64,000 nt of DNA from a bacterium (GCA_030700025.1 JAUYKI010000010.1:16648-80647); one strand, 5' to 3'; numbered from the stretch's first letter, positions 1 to 10,381 are shown. Numbers and translations: made by a program. Notes: generated by a model from the sequence alone, not told the origin.

Positions 1-107
1 AGCGGCGCTGGGCCTGGGGATCAGAAAATGTTCCTTATCTTTTAACTGGTTTTTGGAAAAATAAAAAAATTCCTTGGCGTTCCAAAATATATTGGTCATT
101 TAATTTA

Positions 108-473
108 GTGGAGGGCTATCACTCGTGGGCAACAAATGTGCTGATTATTTTCGCGCTGGGCTGGCTGCCGGTTTTAATCGGCGGGGGCGGATTTAACGCC
201 ACGATTCTTTCTTACCAACTGCCTAAAATTACCCGCGATATCATCGGCCTGTCCAGCATTGGCATTGTGAGCGCGGCAATTTTAAGCACTGTTTTGCTGC
301 CGCCCCGCCCGGGAATCCGGCTCCGGCAATACGCCTGGTATATTCTCCAATGGGCGTTAATGCCGGTTACTTTAATAATTTTTGGCGCCATTCCGGCGCT
401 GGAAGCCCAAACTCGCTTACTGCTCGGCGGAAAATGGCGATTAGGTTTTTGGGTTACGCCCAAAAGCCGATAA
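108..473 (+). CDS. hypothetical multi-pass membrane protein (GTG start; may be the tail of a longer gene)
   Basis: ORF with several hydrophobic helices; no recognisable motif. Confidence 0.3.
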   Translation: MEGYHSWATNVLIIFALGWLPVLIGGGGFNATILSYQLPKITRDIIGLSSIGIVSAAILSTVLLPPRPGIRLRQYAWYILQWALMPVTLIIFGAIPALEAQTRLLLGGKWRLGFWVTPKSR

Positions 474-782
474 AAAAAGTCCGCCTTTGGCGGACTAAAA
501 CCTATTACATTCCGGAAAGCGGATCAGTGTAGATAATTTCGGTCAGTTCGATTAAAACCTCGCCGACCTGAATTCCCAGCCAATAGCCGGCTTCTCTCAT
601 CAAAAGCCACAAACAAATCAGAGCCGCAATGCCGCCCAGAGCCAGCACTACATACACCCATGCTTTCATTGGCGCGCCTCCCTAGATCAATCCCAAAAGA
701 TTGATCGCAAACTGGCTTTATTTTAACTGAAAAATATTCAAAAGTCAATTATCGCGGTTGGAAGATATTGTTGAAAGAGGTT

Positions 783-2930
783 CTATTCTAAATGCACTCG
801 TTTTTGGAATTGCTGGAATCTGGCCGCCAAAAGCGGATAACTTTTCATTTCTAAGTCATTGGAGATAATTTTTTGCGCTGAAGCCCGCGCCGCTTTTACT
901 AATTCAATGTCCCGCAATGCTTCCATGGCAATATCCGGAAGCCCGCTCTGGCTTTCGCCCATAAATTGGCCCGGACCGCGGACTAATAAATCTTTTTCCG
1001 CGAGTTCAAAGCCATTCTTAGCGGTCATCAGAAAGTTCAGCCTCTGCTGAACATTAGCCGAATCCGATTCGGTAAACAACAAACAAAAAGACTGGTGCTC
1101 GCCTCGGCCAACCCGCCCGCGGAACTGGTAAAGCTGGGCTAATCCGAATCTATCCGCTCCCTCCACCATCATAATAGTGGCATTCGGAACATCCACGCCT
1201 ACTTCAATTACCGAAGTAGATACCAAAATATGATATTTCTTGCCGGAAAAATCTTTCATAATCTGGTCCTTTTCCCTTCCTTTCATTTTTCCGTGCAGCA
1301 TCGCCACTTTCAGATCCGGAAAAATCTTAGTGGATAATTTTTCAAATTCTTCGGTAACCGACTTTAATTCCAGGGCTTTCTTCTTGGCCTCCGATAAAAC
1401 CTCGCCTTCCTTTACCGCGCCCGGCGTAATGCGCGGGCAAATCACAAATGCCTGCCTGCCCTTTTTAATCTGTTCTCGGATAAAGTCATAAGCCTTGGGC
1501 CGGTTTTCCGGAGCCACGATTTTGGTGATGATTTCTTTCCGGCCGGCCGGCAATTCCGTAATCAAGGAAACATCCAAGTCTCCGAAAATTGTAAGCGATA
1601 ACGTCCGCGGAATCGGGGTGGCGGACATAGAAAGAAAATGCGGTAAAAATCCGCCTTGCGCCTGGGAAAGCGCTGCCCGCTGTTCCACGCCGAAACGGTG
1701 CTGTTCATCCACGATTGCCAAGCCTAATTTCGGAAAGCGAACTCCTTTTTGAATAATCGCGTGAGTGCCGATAACAATTTTTACCTTGCCGTCCAAAATT
1801 TCCTTCAATAATTTCTGGCGGGAAATTTTAATCTGCGAGCCGTCGCCATAAGAAAGCTCCGCGGCATTCGCGGTAAATAAAGCTACTCCGCCGGATAATC
1901 CGCCCATTGGCGAATTAAATAATTTGGTAATGGTGCGGTAATGCTGGCCAGCCAAAACTTCCGTCGGCGCCAAAAAAGCCGCCTGCAAATCATTTTGCGC
2001 CGCTAAGATGGCGGCAATAGCCGCGATCACGGTTTTTCCGGAACCCACATCTCCCTGCAACAGCCGATTCATCGGCCTAGGCCTTTGTAAATCTTTCAAA
2101 ATTTCCGAAAGCGATTCTTTTTGGGAACTAGTCAGAATAAACGGCAATTTTTCAATTAAGGCGCCGACTTTCGCTTCGTCCACTTTTAAAGCCACTGCCC
2201 TTTCTTCCGCCAGACGGGATTTAATTTTTAAATTATTCAGCTGAAGCAAGAATAAATCTTCAAAAGCAAAGCGCCGTTTCGCCAAATCCGCCTCTTCCAT
2301 TTTTAAAGGAAAATGGATTTTCTTTAATGCCACATTAATATCCGGAAATTTATTTTCTTTCAACGCTTCTTCCGGAAGCCAGTCTTCCACGCGTTCCAGG
2401 CTTTTTAAAATCGGCTTAATTAAAAACCGCAATCCCTTGGAGGTCAGCCCGCGGGTTTCCGGATAAATCGGAATTAATCCGGCGGTATGCTTCGGGCCAA
2501 AACTACTGCTTGCCAAACTCCGGCTATTGGTCACTTCATAGGCCGGGCTGGATAAATAAATTTCCCGCTGGGACTGCATTAATTTTCCGGCAAAATTAGC
2601 GCGCGTTCCCGGGCGCAAAATCTGGGCGATGTACGGCTGATTAAACCAAACCGCCTTTACGCCCCCGGTTTCATCCATAATCACCGCCTCAATAATCGTT
2701 AGGTGCTTTTTCCAGGTGCGGCGAAGATTAACTTTCTGGACTACGCCATGGACTGTGGCCGGCTGATCTAAAACCAGTTCGCTAATCGGAATAATCTTGG
2801 AAAAATCCTCGTAACGGAACGGGAAATGCGTCAAAAGATCACGGACAGTTTTAATTTTTAGCTGAATAAGCTTAGTAATAAACTTAGAGCCAATTTCCGA
2901 AATTTTTACTAGCTCGGTGTCTAAAGTCAT
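783..2930 (-). CDS. recG: ATP-dependent DNA helicase RecG
   Basis: 715 aa; GDVGSGKT Walker A, DEQHRFG helicase motif, RecG-like N-terminal wedge region. Confidence 0.9.
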   Translation of the reverse strand: MTLDTELVKISEIGSKFITKLIQLKIKTVRDLLTHFPFRYEDFSKIIPISELVLDQPATVHGVVQKVNLRRTWKKHLTIIEAVIMDETGGVKAVWFNQPYIAQILRPGTRANFAGKLMQSQREIYLSSPAYEVTNSRSLASSSFGPKHTAGLIPIYPETRGLTSKGLRFLIKPILKSLERVEDWLPEEALKENKFPDINVALKKIHFPLKMEEADLAKRRFAFEDLFLLQLNNLKIKSRLAEERAVALKVDEAKVGALIEKLPFILTSSQKESLSEILKDLQRPRPMNRLLQGDVGSGKTVIAAIAAILAAQNDLQAAFLAPTEVLAGQHYRTITKLFNSPMGGLSGGVALFTANAAELSYGDGSQIKISRQKLLKEILDGKVKIVIGTHAIIQKGVRFPKLGLAIVDEQHRFGVEQRAALSQAQGGFLPHFLSMSATPIPRTLSLTIFGDLDVSLITELPAGRKEIITKIVAPENRPKAYDFIREQIKKGRQAFVICPRITPGAVKEGEVLSEAKKKALELKSVTEEFEKLSTKIFPDLKVAMLHGKMKGREKDQIMKDFSGKKYHILVSTSVIEVGVDVPNATIMMVEGADRFGLAQLYQFRGRVGRGEHQSFCLLFTESDSANVQQRLNFLMTAKNGFELAEKDLLVRGPGQFMGESQSGLPDIAMEALRDIELVKAARASAQKIISNDLEMKSYPLLAARFQQFQKRVHLE

Positions 2931-2937
2931 TGGATGT

Positions 2938-3061
2938 ATCCCGTTAGAGACAACTTAAATTTTTATAAAAAGGCAAAGTGGAGTTAAAAAATATAAAACA
3001 TAGATTATTAATTAAATCGGTCTTTTACGACCATCTAAAGATGGTCTGCCTCTAACGGGAT
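2938..3061 (-). repeat. family A inverted-repeat (MITE-like) element E1
   Basis: terminal inverted repeats ATCCCGTTAGAG...CCTCTAACGGGAT, internal 7-bp hairpin next to one end, AT-rich interior; homologous to E2/E3/E4. Confidence 0.6.
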
Positions 3062-3233
3062 GGATATATTATACCAAATAATAGAAATTCGCAATAATCT
3101 ATAGTGTTAATAACCTCTTGGGAGACGTTGTGCTTTCCCTGCTTTTAATATTGACAAAAAACTAATTTGAATATAAAATATTTCCGAGCTTGGTTCTCTA
3201 AGAACCTGGCAAAAATAAGGAGGTGCTATAGCC

Positions 3234-3440
3234 ATGGCTGATTGCAATCACTGTTCCTTGCAACGCATTCGCAGCAGAGCCAAGCAAGAAAAAAAGAAGG
3301 TAACTCTGCGAGGCGATCGCGGCGGAACGAGCGTTTACGTCCATCCCCGCAATGTGAAAATTAACCGGCTGAGCGATGCCGAAAGGGAAAGATACCGCGC
3401 GTCCTGGATGATGGAACTTTCCGACCACTGTTGTTGCTGA
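3234..3440 (+). CDS. small Cys-rich hypothetical protein (68 aa)
   Basis: AAGGAGG RBS 9 nt upstream; promoter-like TTGACA/TATAAA upstream; CxxC at N-terminus and CCC at C-terminus. Confidence 0.45.
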   Translation: MADCNHCSLQRIRSRAKQEKKKVTLRGDRGGTSVYVHPRNVKINRLSDAERERYRASWMMELSDHCCC

Positions 3441-3447
3441 ATATCGC

Positions 3448-3478
3448 GCGGTCGCCTAAAGCGACCGCTTTTATTTTT
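3448..3478 (+). terminator. rho-independent terminator
   Basis: GCGGTCGC-CTAAA-GCGACCGC hairpin followed by a T-run. Confidence 0.7.
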
Positions 3479-3519
3479 AATTGACGAAGCGCCTCTAAAA
3501 ATTTATTATTCTAACAAAC

Positions 3520-3592
3520 GCACCCATAGCTCAGTTGGTAGAGCAACTCCCTCTTAAGGAGATGGTCGTAGGTTCGATCCCTACTGGGTGCA
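3520..3592 (+). tRNA. tRNA-Lys(CTT), no encoded CCA
   Basis: cloverleaf: acceptor gcaccca/tgggtgc, D arm gctc/gagc, anticodon loop ctCTTaa, T arm gtagg-ttcgatc-cctac. Confidence 0.85.
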
Positions 3593-3676
3593 CACTTCGG
3601 CAGGGCTCAGCGCAAGCACTTCAACAGTTCGGCATAAGCCCAATAAAAAATTCCCTTGCGTTACGCCGGGGAATTT

Positions 3677-4423
3677 TTATTCAGGCAATAAAGTTCCGAT
3701 TAACCAAATACTAAAAATACCTAAGATCATAATTAGAATATGCGCGAATTCCCGAACGCCAGTTTTGTGGCGCAACTCCGGAATTAAATCCGAAATAGAA
3801 ATATAAATAAAAGATCCGGCGGTAATGCTAAGCACTATCGGAATATACGGCTCAAGAGCGCTCCGAAAGATATAACCTAATATCGCTCCGGCCGGCGTCA
3901 TTAAGGCCGCCGCCAAATTATATTTCAAGATTTTCCATCGAGGATATCCATTATGAAGCAAGATGCCAAAATCGCTGATTTCTTGCGGAACCTCGTGGAA
4001 AAATACCGCTACCGTAGTCGCAATGCCCGTAGGAATAGAAATTAAAAAACTTAAAGCAATAGCAATGCCATCCAAAAAATTATGCAAAGCATCGCCGATA
4101 ATAACCGTTAAGCTAAAATCATGGATGTCGCATTTTTCCTGATCGTGGCAATGATAAAAATTTAAAAGCTTTTCTAAAATATAAAAAAGTATAATGCCGG
4201 TTACAAAAGCAATAAAAATGGCTGATTCGGAAACATTCCCGGCTAAACTTTCCGGCAAAAGTTCAAAAATCGCCGCGGCCATCAAAGAGCCGGCGGCAAA
4301 ACTCAAAAGATAAATAGAAAGCCTCTTGGCTAATGCCTCATTAATAAGGAGCAGTATCCCGCCCAGCATCGCTACCACGCTTCCCACCAAGCTCGCTATT
4401 AAAATAATCAGAAAAAGCGTCAT
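3677..4423 (-). CDS. zupT: ZIP-family zinc/iron permease (ZupT-like)
   Basis: 248 aa, 8 TM helices; HEVPQEISDFGILL ZIP signature. Confidence 0.8.
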   Translation of the reverse strand: MTLFLIILIASLVGSVVAMLGGILLLINEALAKRLSIYLLSFAAGSLMAAAIFELLPESLAGNVSESAIFIAFVTGIILFYILEKLLNFYHCHDQEKCDIHDFSLTVIIGDALHNFLDGIAIALSFLISIPTGIATTVAVFFHEVPQEISDFGILLHNGYPRWKILKYNLAAALMTPAGAILGYIFRSALEPYIPIVLSITAGSFIYISISDLIPELRHKTGVREFAHILIMILGIFSIWLIGTLLPE

Positions 4424-4466
4424 TAAACCTAATTATAACGGTAAAATTCCGATTAGCAATTTTTAA

Positions 4467-4495
4467 TTGACTTTTTGTCTATTTAGGAGTAATAT
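4467..4495 (+). promoter_or_regulatory. sigma70-like promoter for the acyl-CoA dehydrogenase gene
   Basis: TTGACT - 17 nt - TAATAT; ATTCGTT-GAAAA-CGAATAC hairpin in the leader. Confidence 0.45.
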
Positions 4496-4577
4496 ATAGG
4501 CGAAGTTCCTTGAAAAAGCCGAATCATTCGTTGAAAACGAATACTCGGCCGAACAAACGGATCAGGGGAGGATAGCC

Positions 4578-6488
4578 ATGGGCATGGACGTAGGAAAGCT
4601 CGGCAAAGGACTGGCAATCGCGGAAGAACAGCGGGACAAGCGCCGGCACAACAGTTTCGTCGGCGACTGCTTTCTCGGTATAGCAAATTTTTCGCGGTTC
4701 CTGGAATGCGCGGAAGAAATTCCCGTTGAAGAACAGCGGATCGCGGACGATCTTCTCTATAATTTGAAAGGGTATCTCTGCCGAAATGTGGATCCGGAAA
4801 AAGTGGACGCAACCAATGAATTGCCCGAAGGGGTGATTGAATGGCTTTGCGAAAACGGATATTTCGGACTGAAAATTCCGCGCGAATATGGAGGCATGGG
4901 CTTGCATCAGACTGCTTATTCCCGAGTTTTGGGAGTGGCGGCCAGCTGGTCCGGCGGTTTAGCGGCTCCGCTTTCCGCGGCCAACACTATCGGCCTTAGC
5001 TATCCGATTTTAAATTACGGCGCTGAAGAACAGAAGAAAAAGTGGCTGCCGATTGTTGCCAAAGTCGTAACGGGCTTTGCCTTTACGGAAGACGAAGCTG
5101 GTTCCGATCCGGCAAACATGAAAACTACTGCCACCCGCGTCAAGGGCGGTTATCTCTTAAACGGCACGAAGTGGTGGACCACCAACGGCCCGATGAGCGA
5201 TACCAAATTCTTGTCGCCTCTGTTGTGCGTTATTGCCAAGACCGTTGATTCGCCCGATGAACTGCAGGCCAGAGCCGATGACAAGACTTACAAACCCAGT
5301 TTCAGCGCGCTGATCGTTCCGACTGACGCTCCGGGAATCCGGATTGTCCAGCGGTGCGATTTCGCCGGACTGAAAGGGATTTACAACGGCATTACGGAAT
5401 TCAAGAATGTTTTCGTTCCAGCTGATCAGCTGATCGGCAAGGAAGGACTGGGATTTCGGATCGCCATTGAAGCGCTGAACACCGGCCGGCTTTCAATTGC
5501 CAGCCTGTGCATCGCGGCGGTCAAGCAAGTTTTACTCATCGGAAATTGGTACGGCCGGAAGCGGAAGCAGTGGGCAACCAAGTCCGCTCCTTCCATCGGC
5601 TATCACGAAATGGTCGGCAGCGGATTTCTGGCAAAGGGCGCGGCTAATACTTTAGCGGCGGAAGCGATGGTTTATTTTGCCTCGCTTCGTGTTGACAACG
5701 GATTAGACGCTCGGCTGGAAGCAGCGGTTTGCAAAGTATTCTCTTCCGAACGCGGATGGGAAACCATTGATGACATGATGCAAGTCCGTGGCGGACGCGG
5801 TTATGAAACTGCGGTCTCGCTGGCTAAGCGCGGAGAACCGGCTTTGCCGTTGGAAAGAATTTGGCGCGACTTCCGGATCAACCGGATCTTTGAAGGCGCC
5901 AGTGAAATTCTTATTCTCTGGCTGTTGCGCGAAGGCAGTGATGAGTATAAAAAGCGCGGTGATGTTTTCTTCGGTCCCGGCAATTGGTGGAAAAAGTTCA
6001 CTACTGCCATGGGATTCGCCTGGGATATCCTGAGGCTGCAAAGCCGACAGCAGATTCCCGACGAAGTTTTGGACAGGATTGATCCGCGGCTCCACTCTCA
6101 TCTGTACTTCGTGGAAAAGCACATCCGCAAACTGGCCCTGTCCATGATTTTGATTTCGGCGAAGTATCGCGACAAGCTGATTCATAAACAGCTGATCTTT
6201 AAGAGGCTATTCTGGATCGCCAGCGAACTTTACGCCATGAGCGCGATTTGTTTCTATACTTCCCCGAAACGGCCCGAAGGATATGTCGTTGCCGATGACC
6301 GCAATCTGGATTTGGCCGACCTCTACTGCAAAGAGGCCCGAGCCAGAATTAAGAGCGCTCTTCAGTCGTTGAATCACAATACAGATTCGGAAGCCCGCGC
6401 GGTAGCCAAGCGGCTGCTCGCCGGCGAAGATGACGAATGGCTCAAGAGAGACATTGTCCCGATCGTTGATCATCTTGGATTAAAGTAA
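4578..6488 (+). CDS. acyl-CoA dehydrogenase family protein (long, 636 aa)
   Basis: ACAD core motifs (FAFTEDEAGSDPANMKTTA, GTKWWTTNGPMSD); C-terminal extension; higher GC than neighbours. Confidence 0.8.
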   Translation: MGMDVGKLGKGLAIAEEQRDKRRHNSFVGDCFLGIANFSRFLECAEEIPVEEQRIADDLLYNLKGYLCRNVDPEKVDATNELPEGVIEWLCENGYFGLKIPREYGGMGLHQTAYSRVLGVAASWSGGLAAPLSAANTIGLSYPILNYGAEEQKKKWLPIVAKVVTGFAFTEDEAGSDPANMKTTATRVKGGYLLNGTKWWTTNGPMSDTKFLSPLLCVIAKTVDSPDELQARADDKTYKPSFSALIVPTDAPGIRIVQRCDFAGLKGIYNGITEFKNVFVPADQLIGKEGLGFRIAIEALNTGRLSIASLCIAAVKQVLLIGNWYGRKRKQWATKSAPSIGYHEMVGSGFLAKGAANTLAAEAMVYFASLRVDNGLDARLEAAVCKVFSSERGWETIDDMMQVRGGRGYETAVSLAKRGEPALPLERIWRDFRINRIFEGASEILILWLLREGSDEYKKRGDVFFGPGNWWKKFTTAMGFAWDILRLQSRQQIPDEVLDRIDPRLHSHLYFVEKHIRKLALSMILISAKYRDKLIHKQLIFKRLFWIASELYAMSAICFYTSPKRPEGYVVADDRNLDLADLYCKEARARIKSALQSLNHNTDSEARAVAKRLLAGEDDEWLKRDIVPIVDHLGLK

Positions 6489-6492
6489 AAAA

Positions 6493-6516
6493 ATACCCCG
6501 CTAGCGGGGTTTTTAA
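6493..6516. terminator. bidirectional terminator between the ACAD gene and aceA
   Basis: ACCCCG-CTAG-CGGGGT hairpin with A/T runs on both sides. Confidence 0.6.
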
Positions 6517-7779
6517 TTATTTAAATTGATCTTTTTCAGTTGAGCCGTCCATTGCGGAAGTGGAGGTCTCACCGCCAGAGGCCGTCTGCGCTACTTCATC
6601 AAAGTAACCGGTACCGACCAATTCCTGGTGCTTCACTCCGGGATAGCCGTCTTTCTCTTTGGCGAATTCTTCCGTCTGAAGGTCCACGTACGCCGGCATT
6701 CCGCGTTTCGCGAAATCCTGCGCCAGCTTAAAAGTCGCCAGCATCAGCGCGTGGACTCCCGCCAATGTTACAAACTGGAACTTATAGCCCAGCTTGCCCA
6801 GTTCATCCTGGAAATTCGCCACTGCTTCTTGAGGCAGTTTCGTCCAGTTAAACGACGGAGACAGGTTATAGGCCAAAAGTTTTCCAGGAAATTCCTTGTG
6901 AATCGCTTCTGCAAATTGCCTCGCTTCCGCCAAATCCGGATTAGAGGTTTCATACCAAAGCAAATCCGCGTAAGGCGCGTAAGCCAAAGAGCGCGCAATC
7001 GCGCAATCCATGCCGCCGCGCATCCGGTAAAAACCTTCGGGCGTTCTTTCGCCGGTCAAAAACGGCTTATCGCGGTCATCAATATCGTTGTTCACCAGAT
7101 AAGCGCCGTGCGCGTCAGTCCTGGCAATGATAACCGTGGGAACTCCCAGAACATCCGCCGCCTCCCGCGCCGAACTCAAGGTCCAGATAAACTGGCTAGT
7201 GGAAACTAGAACTTTTCCGCCCAAATGGCCGCACTTTTTTTCCGAACCCAGCTGGTCTTCAAAATGCACTGCCGACGCGCCGGCTCTAATCATCTTCTTC
7301 ATCAATTCAAAAGTATGATCTTTACCCCCGCCAGATTCACCATCAGCCACAATCGGCGCAAACCAATCCCGCTGTTCCCGATTCTTCAAACGCTGTTTCT
7401 CATCTTCCCGCTTAAAAGCGTTGTTAATCCGCTGAACAACATCCGGAACGCTGCGCACCGAATACAAACTCATATCCGGGTAAGTTTCCAAATCGCTGTT
7501 AGCATCAGCCGCGACTTGCCAACCGCTCATGTAAATCGCTTTTTGGCCGGCCGCCACCATGGCCACTGCCATTAATCCGGTATAAGCGCCCAGCGCCTTG
7601 ATGTAAGGTTCGGTATTCAGCATGTGCCAGAATTTTTCCGCGCCTAATCGCGCCAGAGTATGTTCCACCAAAACCGTTCCGCGCAAACGCAAAACCTGTT
7701 CCGGCGCATAATTCCTCTGAACGCCGTTCCATCTCCCGCCGAAAGCCCATTCGTCCCGCAAACGCCCCGCTTCGTTCAT
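6517..7779 (-). CDS. aceA: isocitrate lyase
   Basis: 420 aa; KKCGHLGGKVLV active-site signature; full-length colinearity with AceA. Confidence 0.9.
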   Translation of the reverse strand: MNEAGRLRDEWAFGGRWNGVQRNYAPEQVLRLRGTVLVEHTLARLGAEKFWHMLNTEPYIKALGAYTGLMAVAMVAAGQKAIYMSGWQVAADANSDLETYPDMSLYSVRSVPDVVQRINNAFKREDEKQRLKNREQRDWFAPIVADGESGGGKDHTFELMKKMIRAGASAVHFEDQLGSEKKCGHLGGKVLVSTSQFIWTLSSAREAADVLGVPTVIIARTDAHGAYLVNNDIDDRDKPFLTGERTPEGFYRMRGGMDCAIARSLAYAPYADLLWYETSNPDLAEARQFAEAIHKEFPGKLLAYNLSPSFNWTKLPQEAVANFQDELGKLGYKFQFVTLAGVHALMLATFKLAQDFAKRGMPAYVDLQTEEFAKEKDGYPGVKHQELVGTGYFDEVAQTASGGETSTSAMDGSTEKDQFK

Positions 7780-7896
7780 GTCTGTCCTCCTGCCTAGAGT
7801 TTCGAAGTGCTGGGGAGAATTATAACAATAAAAATTATTCTCGTCAATAGCTTTTAAAAAATAAAAATCCCCCGACCAAAGTCAGGGGTATTTTTT

Positions 7897-9516
7897 TTAA
7901 TTATGCTTCAAATGCTCGTAAGCGGGAAGAGTCAAAAATTCAGTGAAATCTTTGCTGAAAATAATGCGCGCGAACAATTCAGTCGCTAAATCCAGCTTGC
8001 TGGCGGCGTATTTTTCCGCGCCCATTTCTTCCTGAATCTTATCAAATTCTCCACGAATCATCATAGCAACAAATTCTCCGGTAACTGTCTGGCCGTCAGC
8101 CAAAACCGCTTTATGATTCAACCACTGCCAAACTTGCGACCGGGAAATTTCTGCCGTAGCGGCATCTTCCATCAAATTGTAAAGCGGAACACAGCCAATG
8201 CCTCGCAACCAAGCCTCCAAATACTGGATGCCAACGCTGATGTTGGTGCGCAAGCCCGCTTCGGTAATTTCGCCTGAATGCGGCCTCAATAAATCAAATT
8301 CCGTAACCACTACATCTTCCCGCATAACTTCCAGCTGGTTCGGCTTATCGCCTAGAACCTCGTCAAAGGGCTGGCGCGCAATCGCGACCGTGCCCGGATG
8401 AGGAACCCAAGTGCCGTCATGGCCCGCTTCCACTTCTCTCCGCTTATCCGCCAAGATTTTTTCCGTAACCTTTTTATTGGCTTCTGGATCCTTCAAGGGA
8501 ATCTGAGCCGCCATTCCGCCCATGGCATGAGCGCCGCGCTTGTGGCAAACCTGAATCAATTTAACGCAATACGCTTTCAGGAAATCTCTGTCCATCGTCA
8601 CTTGCGCCCGGTCCGGAAGAATAAACCCCGGATGTTTCCGGAATTTCTTGATGTAGCTGAAAATATAATCCCAACGCCCGCAATTCAAACCCGCGGAATG
8701 ATTCTTCAAAGCGTAAAGAATTTCTTCCATTTCAAACGCCGCTAAAATCGTTTCAATCAAAACCGTTGCCCGGATTGTTCCCTGCGGAACACCCAATCTT
8801 CTCTGGGCAAAAACAAAGACATCATTCCAAAGCCTGGCTTCTTCGTAATTTTCCAGCTTCGGCAAATAGAAATAGGGTCCGCTTCCGCGCTCCATTAATT
8901 CTTTGGCGTTATGGAAAAAATATATTCCAAAATCAAACAGCGATGCGGACATCGGCCGGCCGTTTACCAAAATATTTTTTTCCAATAAATGCCAACCCCG
9001 AGGCCGGAACATCAGCGTGGCGATTTTGTCATTCAACTTATATTCCTTGCCAGTTTTCTCGTCCTTGAAATCAATTTGCCGGCGGACTAAGTCGTACATA
9101 TTCAATTGCCCCTGCAAAACATTGGACAAGGTCGGGCAATCGGAATCTTCCGCGTCCGCCATATAGCAATCGGCGCCGCTATTTTCCGCGTTAACCACCA
9201 TGCTCCGTTTGCTAGCCGGACCGGTAATTTCCACTTTCCGGCAGACTAAATCAGCGGGAATAGGCGCTACCCGCCAGAACTCGTCATATCGAATACTCAC
9301 GGTATCTTCACGAAAATGAGGCATTTTGCCAGCGTCAAAGCGTACTTGCTTATGCGTCCGTTCCGTTAAAAATTGTTCGCGATACATACCAAAGATACCT
9401 TGCAACTCCGCCACGAAAGCCAACGCCTCCGGACTTAAAATATGTTCAAATCTTTTCGGTTTTCCGTTGACCACTTCCCAGGTTATCATTGATTCTCTTC
9501 TCCCTTGCCCGTCCAT
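7897..9516 (-). CDS. aceB: malate synthase A
   Basis: 539 aa; LIETILAAFEMEEILYAL...HSAGLNCGRWDYIFS region typical of malate synthase A; directly upstream of aceA. Confidence 0.85.
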   Translation of the reverse strand: MDGQGRRESMITWEVVNGKPKRFEHILSPEALAFVAELQGIFGMYREQFLTERTHKQVRFDAGKMPHFREDTVSIRYDEFWRVAPIPADLVCRKVEITGPASKRSMVVNAENSGADCYMADAEDSDCPTLSNVLQGQLNMYDLVRRQIDFKDEKTGKEYKLNDKIATLMFRPRGWHLLEKNILVNGRPMSASLFDFGIYFFHNAKELMERGSGPYFYLPKLENYEEARLWNDVFVFAQRRLGVPQGTIRATVLIETILAAFEMEEILYALKNHSAGLNCGRWDYIFSYIKKFRKHPGFILPDRAQVTMDRDFLKAYCVKLIQVCHKRGAHAMGGMAAQIPLKDPEANKKVTEKILADKRREVEAGHDGTWVPHPGTVAIARQPFDEVLGDKPNQLEVMREDVVVTEFDLLRPHSGEITEAGLRTNISVGIQYLEAWLRGIGCVPLYNLMEDAATAEISRSQVWQWLNHKAVLADGQTVTGEFVAMMIRGEFDKIQEEMGAEKYAASKLDLATELFARIIFSKDFTEFLTLPAYEHLKHN

Positions 9517-9593
9517 AGCTTTACGCGAAGGAGGGCTTGCCTGTTTTCAAACAGCGTATATTAATTTAAGAGATTTCGAGCCTTAAGTCAAAT

Positions 9594-9616
9594 AAAAAAT
9601 CCGCCATAGGCGGATT
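9594..9616 (-). terminator. rho-independent terminator of clpP1
   Basis: AATCCGCC-TATG-GCGGATT hairpin plus T-run on the minus strand. Confidence 0.65.
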
Positions 9617-9643
9617 CACTTTCACAAAAGTGAGAAGCGGGGC

Positions 9644-10276
9644 TTACAGAGATTTAGTCGTAGCAACAATTTCGTCAATCACTCCATATTCTTTGGCTTC
9701 TTCGGGACTCAAGAAAAAGTCGCGATCTGCGTCCTTCGTGATTTTTTCCAGCGACTGGCCAGTGTGCAAAGCTAAAATTTCCATCAGTTTCGTCTTACTT
9801 TTCCCGATTTCCGCGGCCTGAATTTGAATATCTGAAGCTTGGCCCTGAACGCCACCAAGCGGCTGATGAAGAAGTATCCGGGAATTCGGCAAAGATTTTC
9901 TCATTCCCTTAGTTCCCGCCGCTAACAGCACTGCTCCCATAGAAGCCGCCTGTCCAACGCAAATAGTGGAAATTGGAGCATTTACAAAACGCATAGTGTC
10001 ATAAATGGCCAAGCCCGCAGTAACTACTCCGCCCGGACTGTTAATAAAAATCTTGATCGGCTTTTCCTGATCCTCATTATTCAATTGCAGCAACTGAGCC
10101 ACAATCAAATTCGCCGCCATGTCATAAATTGGATAACCGATAACAATGATTCTGTCCTTAAAAAGACGGGAATAAATATCGTAAACCCGTTCCGTTCGGC
10201 CAATGCGCTCAATTACCATCGGCATCGGAATCGAAAACGGTTCCGGCCCCTGGTCAGCTCTCAGATCTCCTTTCAT
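9644..10276 (-). CDS. clpP: ATP-dependent Clp protease proteolytic subunit (copy 1)
   Basis: 210 aa; [14 protein letters not shown] active-site Ser region, His/Asp triad context. Confidence 0.9.
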   Translation of the reverse strand: MKGDLRADQGPEPFSIPMPMVIERIGRTERVYDIYSRLFKDRIIVIGYPIYDMAANLIVAQLLQLNNEDQEKPIKIFINSPGGVVTAGLAIYDTMRFVNAPISTICVGQAASMGAVLLAAGTKGMRKSLPNSRILLHQPLGGVQGQASDIQIQAAEIGKSKTKLMEILALHTGQSLEKITKDADRDFFLSPEEAKEYGVIDEIVATTKSL

Positions 10277-10381
10277 GATTTCCTCCTTAGCTATTTCACA
10301 GAACTGCCTTGAGTTTATAAGATTTCCGGAAAATCGTCAACTCTCAATAAAAAGGCGCCCAATGCCCGGAGCGCCTTAATT

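Noticed and set aside
3058-3105. 15-aa ORF (MDILYQIIEIRNNL) starting at the ATG inside the right inverted repeat of element E1
   Set aside because: Too short, no RBS. The ATG is a by-product of the CGGGATGG repeat sequence.
6628-7209. 193-aa Arg-rich ORF antisense within aceA
   Set aside because: Embedded opposite a gene with unambiguous isocitrate lyase signatures. Compositional artefact.
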